DNA of 64,000 bases from Octopus vulgaris (GCA_951406725.2 OX597820.1:127286001-127350000); one strand, 5' to 3'. Shown: positions 26,073 through 40,478, numbered from the stretch's first letter. Notes: generated from the sequence alone by a model not told the origin. Numbers and translations are program-made.

Positions 26073-26989
26073 TGAGGAATGATTGGATAACATGACATGT
26101 AGGTGAGTAATGTAGGCTTGAGCATAAATGGAAGTTGAGCAAGAGAGCAAATTGTATAACAAATAGATTGATTGCTGAGAGATGGCTATTGATACGGATG
26201 TTATAAAACGTTTACATGTTGAGGAATTGTTTGCAGGACAACCGTCATAGAGGTAAACCGTGCGAGATGTAAAAAAGAAAAAAGTGCTATTAGATGTTAC
26301 TGTTGGTTAGCATCTTATATAACAATAGCATCTGTTTTTAGTTGATTTATGATAAAAAGCAATCTTTTCTGTTTTATTTTTTTATTTTTTTATCAAGAAT
26401 TACATTGTCTAATGTAACCTTGTTTATTTATGACAGAAGGTTGTGATTTGAAGGAGATTTAGTTGCTATGTCTAGCAGATTGAGAAATGATGTTGAGGTT
26501 TCTGCTTTGACTTGTAGAACAGGTGGATTTGATTTATAGTGAGTGCAAACTGATGTTGTTGTTGTTGTAGTTCCTCTTCCTTCCTCTGTGACTTTTACAT
26601 CCAGAAAGTTTTGAACTCAATGCTACACATCAAATGCAAAAGGAGTTTGTTTCCTGACAATGCGGTTTCTGGTTCAGTGCATCCCACGATGCAGCACCTT
26701 GGGAAAATATCTTCTGTTATAACCCCAGGACAACTAAAGGCTTCTGGCCTAATATTGTCGACAGAAACTGAAAGAAGTCTGTCATGTTACTGTGTCTATG
26801 TTTGCTTATATTCCTACTGTGTGACAGTTGCAATTTATAGGCCATGTTGTTGTTGTTATCACTGCTGTCTACAAATCATCCACTCCCTTTGTGTCCTCCA
26901 TGATGTATGAAATAAAAGGTCTTTACTTGAAAAACATAAGGGTTAGCATTTGAAAGGGTATATGGCTAACACGCACACACACACACACA

Positions 26990-27024
<35 letters not shown>

Positions 27025-28024
27025 ATATATATTTGACATATTCTTGATTTCCAGGCAAACAAACTAAAGCATCTCACATCTACCTTCAATATATAAAGCA
27101 TATGCATCATCATAAATCTGGTTTTCTATGCTGATATGGGTTGGACAAGTCCTGCAGTTATCTCATCAGTTGTTGCAGACCGTTGCTATGTATCACACAC
27201 AGCAATTTTTATTGTTGTGTGTGTCATGTTAGCATAATTTTTATGGGTGGACACTCTTCCTCGTACTAATCTGTTTGTACCATGGATTGGCATACTTTTA
27301 ATTGTGCTAATTCTGGCGACATTGTCTGCAGCCAGAGTCAAGAGCGTCCACTCCCCTATTTCTTGTTTCTTCACTGAGTTGCTGTACTCCCAGGTAGGTT
27401 GCCCTCACAGCTGCATGCACAGTTCATATATTCTCTATTTGTTCCTCTATCTTTTAACATTCCGCCAAAGTCAGCTTCGCCTTTCATCCTTTTGGGGAGG
27501 GGGGTCGATAAATTAAGTACCAGTTGCATACTGGGGTCAATCTAATCAACTGGCCTCCTCCTCCAAAATTTCGGGCCTTGTGCCTAGAGTAGAAAAGAAT
27601 ATTCATCCAGCATGGACTGAGTGGATGTCGGTGATTCTGGGAAGCTTGTCTGTCTTTAGAAACACATTGAGAATTTGAATGTCAAATCAATAACCCAATT
27701 GGCTATTGACAGTTGTTGCTCTGACAACTGTAAGTAGCCTCAGTGGATCTTGGGCCACTGTGAGAAGGGTTAATAGTATTATTGTAATATATGCTGTTAA
27801 GTAATTAGAGAAGTCACAGACATGAGTCAGCAAATTGGCAGGAGCAAAGTGTTTTAGTTAGTACGCAATTCTTACTGATGCAACTTGTTTAGCTCCCAGT
27901 CAGCCCTGACTGAGTAGACATATTATTAAAGGTGTCCAGTTGTGGCCATCTCATCCTTGTTTTTTCAGGCACATTGTATGTAGAAATAAGTTATCCTTTT
28001 TTTGTTTTATTATTATTTTCTTGT

Positions 28025-28249
28025 TTAACCTTTTAGCATTTAAACCAGCCAAATCTGGTTCAAACATTCTGCATTTTTACATTCAAACTGGCCATATCTA
28101 ACCTCTCACACATAACCTACACTAACATTCTAAACGTAAACAATCACATCATCAAAACCTCTAAGCTTTGAGGTAATGCATGAATCCAAAACAATTTAAA
28201 TAAAAAAAGCATTATATTTCACAAAATAATCTGAACACTAAAGGGTTAT
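28025..28249. mobile_element. TTAA MITE family B
   Basis: TTAACCTTTTAGCATTTAAACC...TCTGAACACTAAAGGGTTA. Related copies at ~29515-29735, 37532-37710 and 62286-62478. Confidence 0.65.
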
Positions 28250-31200
28250 GGTGATATGGATGGGTTTTTTTTTTTTAGGACATTTGGCTGCTCTTTTAAG
28301 CAGGTTAAACCAACCACAAAGAGGCTCTATACTTTGCTTTTGGGAAGAAGTAATTACTTGAAATAAAATGGAGTGGCAGGTGCATTGTTGGCAAGTTCAG
28401 CAAAACTTGAATTGTTGTAGAAGCAAAAGAGATGGAGACTGCATATCAGATGGATGGGTTTATTTATTTATTTACTTTTGGATGCTGTTGAACGTCTGTC
28501 GAATCTAGAATGTTGATAGTGTGAGCTGTATGGTGGTCTGGAGCATCTGAATGCGTGTGCTCGGGTTGGAATGCTCTGCCGTTTTAGATATTTCCATGCA
28601 GTATTAGAGGCAGATGTATGGCCCTACCTAATAGTAGCCATTCAGCCATGATGCAGATGAGTTAAAATGAGAAAGACGATAACAACAACAACAACAACAA
28701 TATGCCTTACCTTGGGGGTACAATGTAATGCAATGACAGTGGGAATATTGGAAGAAATTAAAAATTAGCTCTGTGAAGCAGAAGAGCATTTTTGCTTTGA
28801 AAAGAAGTTTATTTCTTCTTTAGTGAATTGCTTTCACTCATCGATGAACAGAAATCTTTCTATCGTTTGTTTAATTTTTGCAATAGTTTATCGTCTCTTT
28901 CAATGTTTCTGATTTATTTGATGTTAAAGATTTTCAACATAGATTTATAGAATTTCAGAATCTGTGGAAATAGGAACAAGAAATATTGAAATAAATAACA
29001 AATAAATAAATGAGAGATTAAATCATTTAATAGAAAGAAAAAAATTTGGTCTGGAAGTGGTTGTACAGGGTGAGTGGGTGTGTACCAGTTTCATTTCATG
29101 GTTGACTGGTTAACACTTAGAAGTATAAGACTATTCATCCATAAAGAAACACCAGTTCTGTATTTCAAAGAATGGGCTAATTGGGAACTGTTGATGTTCA
29201 TGCATTTTCCAATGGCTATTAAAGGGCTGGCAGTACTACTAAGCATGCCAGACGAAAACTCTGAGTGGCATTTGTTCTAGCTTTTCCTTCCGGGTTCAGA
29301 TAGTGCCAAGATCAACTTTGCTTTTCATCCTTTCAGGGTCAATAAAACAATGTACCATTTGAGCCCTGGGGTCAATGCAACTGGTTAGCCCTTCCTCATC
29401 CCCCCACCCCGCCACACACACACACAAAATTTCAGACTTTGTGCCAAATGTAGAAAGAATTCCTATTGTTTTCCAATTTTATCTCCCTTGCATCATGGCT
29501 GAGCAGCTACCTGTCACCCTTCAGCATTTAAACCAGCCATACCCGGCCCAAGTATTCTACCTGTGTTATGCTCAAACTGACCAGATCCAGCCTTTCACAC
29601 CTACCCTGTAATGTCATCCTAAAAATGAACATAATCACATCAAAATCTCAAAGCTACAGAATAATGCAGGATTAATTCAAAACAAAGGGAATAAATAAGC
29701 CTTACATTTGACCGAGAAGTAATCTGAATGCTAACGAATCAAATTATCATCTATTCTTCAACATCCACAGTGTACCTAGACTACCCTTGCATGTGCTACA
29801 CTGCATTGTTTAAATCTACTGCTTTAATCAATCACCTGGTACCTGGATGCCTTCAACAGAATTCATCTTGCTGTAAGCATTCAAGATGTGTCAATGATGT
29901 GAGGATATCATAAGCGCTGCTCTTTATTTTCTAACGAAGCCATTAAAAAGTTTATAAAATCAAAAATGTCAGACAGTATGTAAACAGACATTGTAGTTGC
30001 ACAACATATTTCTACATGAATTTGGTTTTGACATATTTTATGCTAAAATCATCATCGTTGTTTTAACATCCATTTTTTCATGCTTGCATGGGTCAGATGG
30101 AATTCACTGAAGCAAATTTTTTGTGGCCAGATGCCCTTCCTGTTGCAGTCCTTACCTGTTTCCAAGCAAAGTAATGTTTTTCCACATGGCTAGACATGTT
30201 TCTCATAGAAAACAGGAAACAAACTGCACATGATGTCAAGGCATCGATAGATGGACGCATGCACACGCGTGCACCCACACACACACAAACATACAGTGAG
30301 CTATTTCATTTTCCATATATCAAATCCACTCACAAAATTTTGAATGACCTAGGGCTATAGTAGAAGACTTGCCTAAGGTGTCATGCAGTGGGGCTAAACA
30401 CCCCCAAAAACATGGTCAGAATGCAATCTTTTTAACCATACTCCCATACCAAACATTTCCCTTCTATCTTTTCTGTAGTTTTGTTTGTGGAGATGCTGAA
30501 ATGACATTCAGTAAAATGAGTAATTACTACAGAAAAGTCTTGTAGAAACAAATTTCTAATTAACGAAGCAGTAAATTTTGCAGACATTGCATTAATCCCG
30601 ACACAATTTCTCCATAATTTATGTAGCACATGTTGCAGCCTACTTTAGCATTTTATATTTAGTTCTACATATCTTTGTTTAGTTTCTAGCTCAACTGATA
30701 TTCTATTTATTTGTTTATTTAAATTAACAACTGCAATAAAACTGTGGGAACTAAGAGCTGCCAAGTGTTGAACTGTATTAACATATTCTTGGACCGAATT
30801 ATGTGCAGCGATACCAAATAGTTTTTCATGAAATAATGAGAAACTAGTCAGCAGATATTACTCATAGACTGTCACTCTGGGTTATTCTTCGGCATTTGTT
30901 ATCGGTTTTCCTTATCTGATTCTTGGAAAAAAAATTCTCGATGTTTCATAGAAATTTGTGTTGTATGAAATGAATAAATGGAAAATATAATTAAAAATAG
31001 TATATAAATTTAGAGTATAAATTTTTAAACAAACCTAAAGCCTAATTAAAGTGAATACCCAGAATGAGGTCGATTAAATTATTTAGACTTTGCACACGAC
31101 TTTTTTTTTACTCCTACATGAGACATATCTGGTTATGTGGTTAAGGAGTTTACTTCACAGCCACGTGGTTTTGGGTTCAGTCCCACTGTGCAGCTCCTTG

Positions 31201-31547
31201 GCCAAGCTTCTGCTATAACCCCAAGGCGACAAATGCCACATGAGTAAATTTGGGAGAGAGAAACTGTGAGAAACCCATTGTGTGTGTCTGTAGGTTTGTT
31301 TTCCTTTCAGTTGACAACTGGTGTTGGTTTGTTAACATCCCCAGTAAGTTAGCAGTTCAGCAATAGGAACCAATAGAATAAGCACCAGACTTAAAATAAT
31401 GACTGTAGTCAATTTGTTTGGCTTACTCTACTAAGCAGTGTTCCAGCATTGCCGTCGTCCAATGACTGAAACCAAAGAGGAGTCATACCTATGGAGAAGC
31501 AACATACTTCTTTGCAATTAGCTTTTTTTTTTTTTTTTTTTTAATTT

Positions 31548-31850
31548 GTGGAGGCACATGGCCTAGTGGTTAGAGCAGCGGACTCACGGTCAAGGAATCA
31601 CAGGTTCGAATCTCAGACGAGGCGATGTGAGTGTTTATGAGCGAAACACCTAAGCTCCATGCAGCTCCGGCAGAAGGTAATGGCGAAACTTCTGCTGACT
31701 CTTTCGCCACAACTTTCTCTCACTCTTTCCTCCTGCATCTTGCAGCTCACCTGCGACGGATCGGTGTCCCGTCCAGGTGGGGAACCTATGCATCAAGGAA
31801 ACCGGGAAACCAGCCCTTATGAGCCAGGCATGGCTCGAGAAGGAACAAAC
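31548..31850 (+). mobile_element. tRNA-derived SINE, second family
   Basis: Head TGGCCTAGTGGTTAGAGCAGCGGACTC...GGTTCGAATC with A and B boxes, a non-tRNA body and a GAACAAAC tail. Confidence 0.8.
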
Positions 31851-32877
31851 ATATTAAATTTGCTGAGGAAGCCTTCTCTGAGGAATTTCTAGAAATATTT
31901 TCGTTGTCATGTTTACTCGTGTGCAATATTTAAATCTACTTTGATTCTTTCGTTACTACTTCATTAAATGTATGACAAAGTTTGTGCTTTGCTAATGAGA
32001 GCTAATAAAACTGGAACATCTGTACACGTTTCTCATGTACTTACTAAAATGATCGAGACTGCATTGTTCATTGAGCTAATGTTATCTTTTCCTCTCTAAA
32101 TAATTATTTCTAATTAGCTTTTTGTTGCTCGCTACAGTGAATATGTAAATGCTAAACTTAACTGCTGAAAGTGTGGTTGACTTTTCATACTGTATCAGTA
32201 GCACCATGTCTGAAGCTACTTCTTAGCGATCTATTTGACTATACAAGCAGGAACATTATATAACTACTTGCCTCAAAAATATATTCACCCCACTGATACT
32301 AGCATGGAGAAACTGCTGTAAAAACAAACAAACAAGCAAATGCCCGTGCATACACACACACACACACCCATAAATATAGATACAGACAAACAAGTGAAGA
32401 CAGAAGTTTACAATCCACTGACAACCCTATCCAGTAGTAGAACTGTCTGCCAACCACATACTCTGCAGTCTGGGATGGTGTTGGACTGTAAACTAAAACA
32501 GTGATGGAGTTTCTCTCATCACCAGTGCTATGCTATGTCTAGCCAAGCATAGAATTCTCAAATTATTTAATCCACTTAGGTGTAATCCTTCTGTTATTGT
32601 ATTTGTATTGAAACGCACTACCTTTGTTTTAATTTTGAGAATACTGAAATATGGTTGAGCTGGTGTTTAGAACATAATATGAATTTTGGTGGAAGGTTTC
32701 AGTTTAGATTACTTTGCAACAAGAAAAGCTTTTACTATAGAATCAAGGATGGTCTTGGGCAGGTTTTAATTTTAGCTTGCTTTACAACAGGATGTTTTGT
32801 TTCATACAACCAGGCGCGGCCTTGGCTGGGTTCCTATCAAATGGATTAAAAAGAGGTATCGTGTGTCATGCCCTAAA

Positions 32878-33445
32878 CCAGGGGTCACCAACATTTTGTT
32901 ACTATTGACCCCCTTTAGCCACTACTCCTTCCACATCAACCACCCTCCTCATTTAAAATATCTTAATACCCTACTCTACCATACCACATGTTAAATGTGT
33001 ACTGGGTACTGATTTTGGCAATTAAAATGTTAGCTAAAATATACATGTACGACAAATTAAGAAATTCTATTGAAGATGACACACTTTTTATATTTAAAAC
33101 ATGTATGAGTATACAGTATTAAACTGTGAATGTTTATGAAATTGTTTTCATGGTTAGAAAATGTGAAAAACACATCATATTGCTGGAATATCTTTTATCG
33201 AAATTGACAATATCAATGTGAGGGATGAGGATGGCGCTGACTAAGTATTTCAAGCAGTTCATCTGGGTTGGCTGGTCTTTTGCATGCCGACCCCCATTTG
33301 ACCCCCTTTAATTCTTTGGTGACCCCCTACTCTAAACAATGGATACACTGTAAAATTAACAAATGTTTTGTTAGCTGAGTTCAAATTCTCCAATTAGTAT
33401 CAGTTGATGAAGTTTGAGTTGCATCAAGTTGACAAGACTTACAGT
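32878..33445 (-). mobile_element. Degenerate hAT (Charlie/Buster-like) element 3' end
   Basis: Terminus CAGGGGTCACCAAC at ~32878 resembles hAT TIRs. The minus strand at ~33215-33270 reads PDELLEILSQRHPHPSH*, like the ...HPSH* end of Buster-type transposases. Confidence 0.55.
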
Positions 33446-33447
33446 CT

Positions 33448-33554
33448 TGAAGATAAGGTCCTTGACTGCATGAAGATAAGGTCCTTGACTGCATGAAGAT
33501 AAGGTCCTTGACTGCATGAAGATAAGGACTGCATGAAGATAAGGTCCTTGACTG
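33448..33554. repeat. 23-bp minisatellite (TGAAGATAAGGTCCTTGACTGCA), ~5 units, one with a deletion
   Basis: Identical adjacent units with no spacers. Confidence 0.9.
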
Positions 33555-33870
33555 AACCTTCAAATGCATTCTCACACATTTAGAATAAATCAACATTGAA
33601 ATATGAGCATGCTGGAAGAACGTAAGAATTGTGTGGTGATTAAAGTAGATATGTTCCTCTTTGACCATGTGATCCCTTATCAGCTTTCTCAAGTTTTACA
33701 TGAAAAGGAAATCAAGGGTGGAGAGGCAAGTACTGCCTCCCTAGTAAACTTGCTGAATGTTGAATGAGAGTAATGTGTGTGGTGTGTATGAATGGACCTG
33801 CTCTGTGCATACACCTGTAGATTGTAGAGCAACAGTTGGGGAGAGGGAAATTGCATTGGTATCAGGGTGG

Positions 33871-34101
33871 TTATGGTGGACAATGAAAAAACCTGGTTGA
33901 TGACGGTCAGGGCTGATCTGGAACCCAACCTAGGCTCCCATGACTACGGCGTTCGCTGCTGGAATAGGGAGTGGTTGGAGATCACGCGGTCGTTAGCCTC
34001 AGATCGCCAGGCCTGGTCAGCGTTTGTGAGAGATGCAGCATTGAGGATGAATGAAGCCAGCTCAACCCACCCCAGGTGAATGCTGTCCTAAGTCAAGTCA
34101 A
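33871..34101 (+). mobile_element. 5'-truncated RTE-type LINE with (CAAGT)n tail and 12-bp TSD
   Basis: Reads KTWLMTVRADL...LASDRQAWSAFVRDA, with tail AAGTCAAGTCAAGT. TSD GTATCAGGGTGG at 33859-33870 and 34102-34113. Confidence 0.8.
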
Positions 34102-36793
34102 GTATCAGGGTGGCTTTTTTGAAATTATTGTTGTTGTTGTTGTTGAAGGTAGAGAGTTGGCAGAACTGTTAGCATGTTGAACAAAAGTCTTAAAATTTCT
34201 TTTGGTTCTCTCTATTGTGACCCACAATGCCTCCAAGTAGACAATAAAAAAAAACCCTTACCTCATGTGTAAACTAAGAAATGGTAGTCCAGCACCTTGT
34301 TTGCTCATCCACTGTATTTCTGCACAACTGTCTTCAGCTCATTACTTATTTCTCAGATGACCCATTCGTCACTCCTTCTGATACCAACCCACTTGAGACG
34401 ACTCCTTCCTGGTTCTAGAAAACAAACTTCCTGCATTAAAAAAGTGATCTCAATTAAAGCCTTCCATAAAAATTCCATGTTAAGCTTTGATTCAAGCACC
34501 AGATTAATAATGGTTTCAAACTTTGGCTCAAGGTCAGCATATTCATGGGAAGGAGTAAATTGATTACCCCCTCAGTGGTCAACTGGTTCTTAATTTATCA
34601 ACCCCAAAAAGGATGAAACACAAAGTCAGCCTTGGCAGCATTTGAACTCAGAATGTAAAAACAGACAAATTGCTATTGAGTAATTTACCTGGCATGCTAA
34701 CAATTCTGCCAACTTGCCACCTTAAGAGTTGTAGCAATAATAACAGTTATTTCCCTAATTTTTTAAATGTTTAAATAAATTTTAAAAGCAGTATATTTTA
34801 ACCAGAAATATCATAACAAATGGGTTAAATAAATAGAGTGGGCTGTTTAAGGCACTAACACAATTCTCATGACTAAGTACTAAGTATGGAAATTTCACTG
34901 GTTACTTCAGTACTTGGCTTCGTTAGTGAAAGCTTTCATACTTGTGTCACACTACTCTTAAAACCAGTGCTTCTAAAATGGGTCGCAGGGAAGTGTGATA
35001 GAGGCATCTGTGCAGTTTCTTTAGTCCTTCTCTCCTATTTAAATACTAACTTACAAAAAAAAAATATAATAATTTCATTCTCTGATAAGCTGTCACAACA
35101 ACAACAATGATAAGACTTCAAAATGTGGGCGTGGTTGTGTAGTAAAAAGTTTGCTTCTAACCACATGGTTCCAAGTTCAGTCCCACTGCATAGCACCATG
35201 GGCGTCACCTATTTTAGTCCTGGGCTGATCAAAGCCTTCTGTATGGATTTGGTAGATGGAAACTGAAGGAAGCCCAGTATGTATGTGTGTGCCTGTCATT
35301 ATGCTTGTCCCCCACCACTACTTGACAACCAGCGTGGGTCTGTTTATGTCCCTGTAACTTGGTGGTTCAGCAAAAGGAGACCTATAATTAGTACCAGGCT
35401 TAAAATAGTACAGGGGGTGACTTATTCAACCAAAGCCTTCAAGGCAGTGCTCCAGCATGGCTACAGTTCTATGACTGAAACGAAAATAAAAACAAAAATA
35501 GAAATAAACAAGACCAAATATATATTACCTATGTTTGTAGTACTCACTTATAGTAGAGTGGTGCTGTTGTAATCACCTACATCAAACTAGTAGTACCTGG
35601 AACTAAATTACTCTGACCTCATATTACACCTATGTACAATTAAGAATGAAGACAGGGGAACAGTGGATCATAAACAAGGGGACATAGAAAAAGCGTTAGT
35701 GAAAAAAGCGATCATCATTTAACGTCCATTTTCCATAGTAGCATGGGTTGGACAGGAACTGGCAAGATCAGGGGCCATACCAGGTGTCATATTCCGTTTT
35801 GGTTTGGTTTCTATAGCTGGATACCCTTCTTGATACCAATCACTTCACAGAGTATACTGGGTGCTTTTTACGTGGCACCTTAGTTTTAGGATTTCAATTC
35901 TGTTGGGGACAGGTCTTCTTGAGTACAACAATGCACCACATATATCGGGCGTTAGTTGAAAAAAATATTTGTGACATATTGCGTTAAAGCATGTACATAT
36001 GTGGTTTCTCACATCATATTAAGTGGTTTGCAGACATCTTTAGTACTGCTTAGGTTACCAGTCACTACTAGTACAGACAAGTAGATGCACAGAATCACTA
36101 GAAAGTAGTTTTACAGATGGTGCCAGTGACGAGATATGAAAAGTTTACATTGGCACAAGGCCACGATTTCGTAAAGTTGAAGGGTTTATAGCTGATTGAA
36201 CCAACCATGCAGTCAGGATTTTGTAGATGCTATGCAGTCAGGATTTTAACCTACTCCCAAAGAATGTGTGGCAAAATTAGCCTTGGTAAGATTTGAACTC
36301 GGAACTTAAAAAGAATGAGATTAAATACTTAATATCATTAAATACTTAATTAACTGCATCTTCCACTGCACTCTCTTCATATATGCAATAGTGAAACACA
36401 TAAAAGAAATTCTTTTTTGTTTTTGTTATATTGTGACATTGCTTTCGTGTGTCCATGCTTTATCAGTAATCTTTCTCTCTCTCTCTGTCTACTTACCCAT
36501 CCCTGCTACCATGTGTGTGTGTGTACACACACACACACACACACACACACTCATATATTTGTATTTATCTCACACTTCTCTCTCTCTCTCTCTCTCTCTT
36601 TTCTCTTGTATTTTATTTTACTATTAAGTCAGATTTCTATCAGCGTTCCTATCTCTATATGGCTATTTACACCCCTCGTGGTAGCGGAATGTAGACATGA
36701 GGAGAATAACAAGTATTTTTGCTAACATTAAACCTTTGGTCTTAAACACATACAAATACAAAATTTGCTGAATTATTGAAAGAGGAGCTTATA

Positions 36794-36832
<39 letters not shown>

Positions 36833-38436
36833 ACAAAGGAATGTCTTATCTTCAGATTTTTGAAAATATTTAACCCTGGTATTGTTGCTGAACAAATAGC
36901 TATAGGTTTCAATGCGTCTCATTCTTCATGTGTGGCAAATTTCTGCCATGACACTCTGTAATGGTTTTTATGGCTCCACTTCCTCCATGTTCATTTGTCC
37001 TCAGATTTTCATTTTACATTCAATTATGTTCCCATGTGGAGGTGGTGAGCTTGATAGCATTTTGCCTATCTCTGTTAGGAGCTCAAATTATGCTGAAGCC
37101 CACTTCGTCTTTCATCCTTCTGGGGCTAATAAAGTAAGTACCAGTCAAGTACTGGGAGTGGGGGTTGATGTATTCTACTTCCTTCATCATCATCGTTTAA
37201 CATCCTTTTTCCGTGCTAGCATGGGTTGGGTGGTTCAACCGGGGTCTGGGAAGCCAGGAGACTGCACCAGGCTCCAGTCTGATCTGGCTGTGTTTTTACA
37301 GCTGGATGCCCTTCCTAACACCAACCACTCCATGAGTGTAGTGGGTGCTTTTTACATGCCACTGGCACAGGTGCCAGGGGAGGCTGGCAGCAGCCACGAT
37401 CAGTTGGTGCTTTTTACATGCCACCGGCACAGAAGCCAGTCCAGGCAGCGCTGGCATCGGCCACGTTCGGATGGTGCTTTTTATGTGCCTGCTGCTCCTG
37501 TGCCAAAAATTGAAACAATTATATATCCATATTAACCCTTTAGCATTCAAACTGGCCAGATCCAGCTTCTCACCTCAATCCTACAATGTCGTTCTAAAAC
37601 TAAAGAACCACATCATTGAAATCTCTCAGAGCTATGAGATAATGCAGGATTAATTCAACAGAAACAAACAAGCATATTTGACAGAGTAATATGAAGAGTA
37701 AAGAGCTAAATCTACTTCATATCCTACCTGGGTCAACTTCACTTTTGTTCATTTCAACATTGGTTGATAAAGTGCTAATCCAGGACTGTAGATGGACAGA
37801 TCTGTTGGAGCATTTAATGAGATAGTTTGCAGTAGCTATTCAGTCTCCTTGTGTTCTGAATTCCAGTCCCACCAAGTGCCAGTGGTTAGGGCTAATTACC
37901 TGACTACATTAGCTCCCTGTCCAACCTGCAATTGACTAATAGGCTCAGATAGGCTTCTAGCAATGGCACATTGAGAATTTATCTTGCTGTGCCTCAAAAA
38001 CAGTTGAATATAAGTAAGATCTGTAGCACTATGTTGTAGTCCTGCAAATTTTTAGGTTTATTTTGAAGGGCCATATCCCTTCACTGTCTTTGAAACAGAC
38101 ACCACTAACACAACATTCTATTCTATTCCTTTTCTGTAAATATCAGATTCTGCTTTCCTCAGTATATCCTTTGTAGTTAACCCTCTTCCATCAACTGATT
38201 GATGATGTGGTAGAGATACACCTCTGTGTGTGTTGTGCATAAAATTGTAACACGTACAATAGTAATTGTACATCTGCCTGTCCCCACAAAATATGTATAA
38301 ATAACTGGTTTACATCCGAATGTCCAAGGAGCTGGCTATTTAAAAAAAATTTTTTGCATGTCCATGAAAGTAATATGAATATAACTCAAATATATGAATG
38401 AGTTGTGTGGTACTGCTGTTTATTTTCCACTTTAAA

Positions 38437-38474
<38 letters not shown>

Positions 38475-38627
38475 ATGAGTTTTTGTGTCCCACGTCAGCT
38501 TGTCACACTGGCTCAAGGTGGGACTGAATTTGAAACCACATGGTTGGGAAGAAAATGTCTTTAACTATACTACCAAGCCTTATCTGCATTAAAAAAAATG
38601 ATAGGAAGATGAGGAAAAATATGCAAT

Positions 38628-38790
38628 GGGTGTAGGAGTGGCTGTGTGGTAAGTAGCTTGCTTACGAACTGCATGGTTCCAGGTTCAGTTCCACTGCGTG
38701 GCACCTTGGGCTAGTGTCTTCTACTATAGCCTCAGGTCAACCAAAGCCTTGTGAGTGGATTTGGTAGATGGAAGCTGAAAGAAGCCTGTC

Positions 38791-38833
<43 letters not shown>

Positions 38834-39038
38834 TGTGTGTCTGTGTTTGTCCCCCCAACATCACTTGACAACCGATGGTGGTGTGTTTACGCCCCCATAA
38901 CTTAGCGGTTCAGCAAAAGAGACCGATAGAATAAGTACTAGGCTTACAAAGAATAAGTCTTGGGGTCGATTTGCTCGACTAGAGGTGGTGCTCCAGCATG
39001 GCCACAGTCACATGACTGAAACAAGTAAAAGAGTAAAA
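38628..39038 (+). mobile_element. Full-length tRNA-derived SINE with internal (TA)n
   Basis: A-box-like TGGCTGTGTGG, B-box-like GGTTCAGTTCC, body CACCTTGGGC...CTACTATAGCC and tail (GTAAAAGA)n. Many partial copies occur across the window (e.g. 31130-31480, 35127-35500, 56470-56822). Confidence 0.8.
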
Positions 39039-40184
39039 TAATGACTAAGATATTGTTTCACTTCCATTTTCATTCTCTTTTCTTGGATAATCTTTTCTTA
39101 GAGCTTCGAAAATTTTCCTTTTATTTTTTACACATGGGAATCTGTGGAAGTCAGTGGGCAGGCAAGATAACCTTTCAATAAGGAGTGAACCCCTTTTAAC
39201 TGCCCTAAAATTAAAATGTCACTGCAAAATAACTTTTAGTCAACAGTGAGGAATTTCAATATTCTTGTAATAAAATTTTTTTTTATATATGATGATGATG
39301 ATGATGATATCATTAATAATTATGGGCATGATAATTGTGGTAAGGGACTCAATTGGAAGCATTTAGATTCTCCTCTCCTTTCTTCTTTTTCTTGTTAAGC
39401 CATGTATCAGGAGATTCTGACAAAACCTTTTGACAGGGTTTATAACTAAACAATATGAACTTGGAATTTTTCTCTCACTAAAAATATCCTCATTATAAAA
39501 CCTTTAATAACAAAATGCTTTTTTTTTTTTACTTTGTTATTTCAACCCCCCCCCCCCCCCGTTAGCATTATTGTAAGATGATAAAAATTTCTGTATTGTA
39601 GACGACTTGAGAGCAAATATTTCTCTAAAGTTCACTATTTCTGATTCTAAACTTTTCAAATCATTATCATCATCATCATCATAATAGCATCCACTTTTCC
39701 ATACTTGCTGGGGTTGGAAGGAGTTTATTGAGGCAGATTTTCTGTGGCTGGATGCCCTTCCTGTCAACAACCCTTACCTGTTTGCAAAGCAAAATGGTCA
39801 GACATGTTTTTGCAGAAAATTAGAAATGAATGATTCTGCTCATCTGACCCTTGTTTACGACTCATGGTATGTTGAGACGAGAAGGAGCAAACATGCACAC
39901 ACACACACACATACATACATAGATATGCATGTATAGGACAGGCTTCTTTTCTGTTGGCCAAATCTACATACAAGACTTTGGCTGGCCTGGAACTATTTTA
40001 GAAAAAAAATTTCTAAGGTGTCATGTAGTGGGACTTGAACCCATGTCCCTGTCATTGGGAAGCAAGCTTCTTAACCACACAGCCATGCCTGTATCTTTCA
40101 AATATTAAATAGAAAGAGGAGCTTCACTTCAGCTCACCAAAAAGAGATTTGAATGGTGTTTACTTTCTCCATAGCTTTGCAATG

Positions 40185-40478
40185 TTTGTTCCTTCTCAAG
40201 CCATGCCTGGCTCATAAGGGCCGGTTTCTAGGTTCTCCACCTGGACAGGACGCTGGTCCATCGCAGGTGAGCTGCAAGATGCAGGAGGAAAGAGTGAGAG
40301 AAAGTTGTGGTGAAAGAGTCAGCAGAAGTTTTGCCATTACCTTCTGCCAGAGCCGTGTGGAGCTTAGGTGTTTCACTCATAAACGCACACATCGTCTGGT
40401 CCGAGATTCGAACCCGCAATCCGTCGACCGCGATTCCGCTGCTCTAACCACTAGGCCATGGCCAAAAACAAAAAAAAA
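40185..40478 (-). mobile_element. Copy of the second SINE family with 12-bp TSD
   Basis: Reverse complement of 31548-31850. TSD AGCTTTGCAATG at 40173-40184 and 40479-40490. Confidence 0.85.

Noticed and set aside
27660-27729. Possible exon (TTTAG...ACT|GTAAGT) in the 27-kb intron
   Set aside because: A phase-1 join from 25567 creates an immediate TAA stop, and the 70-nt length breaks the frame.
31548-31625. tRNA gene (also at 40400-40462 and 54757-54835)
   Set aside because: The A/B-box head runs into a repeated SINE body and has no proper acceptor stem, so it is a SINE head.
33448-33554. CRISPR-like array
   Set aside because: The units are directly adjacent with no spacers, the context is eukaryotic and there are no cas genes.
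36912-37535. 207-aa ORF
   Set aside because: It is made of a SINE fragment plus an antisense RTE 3' UTR and has no protein signature.
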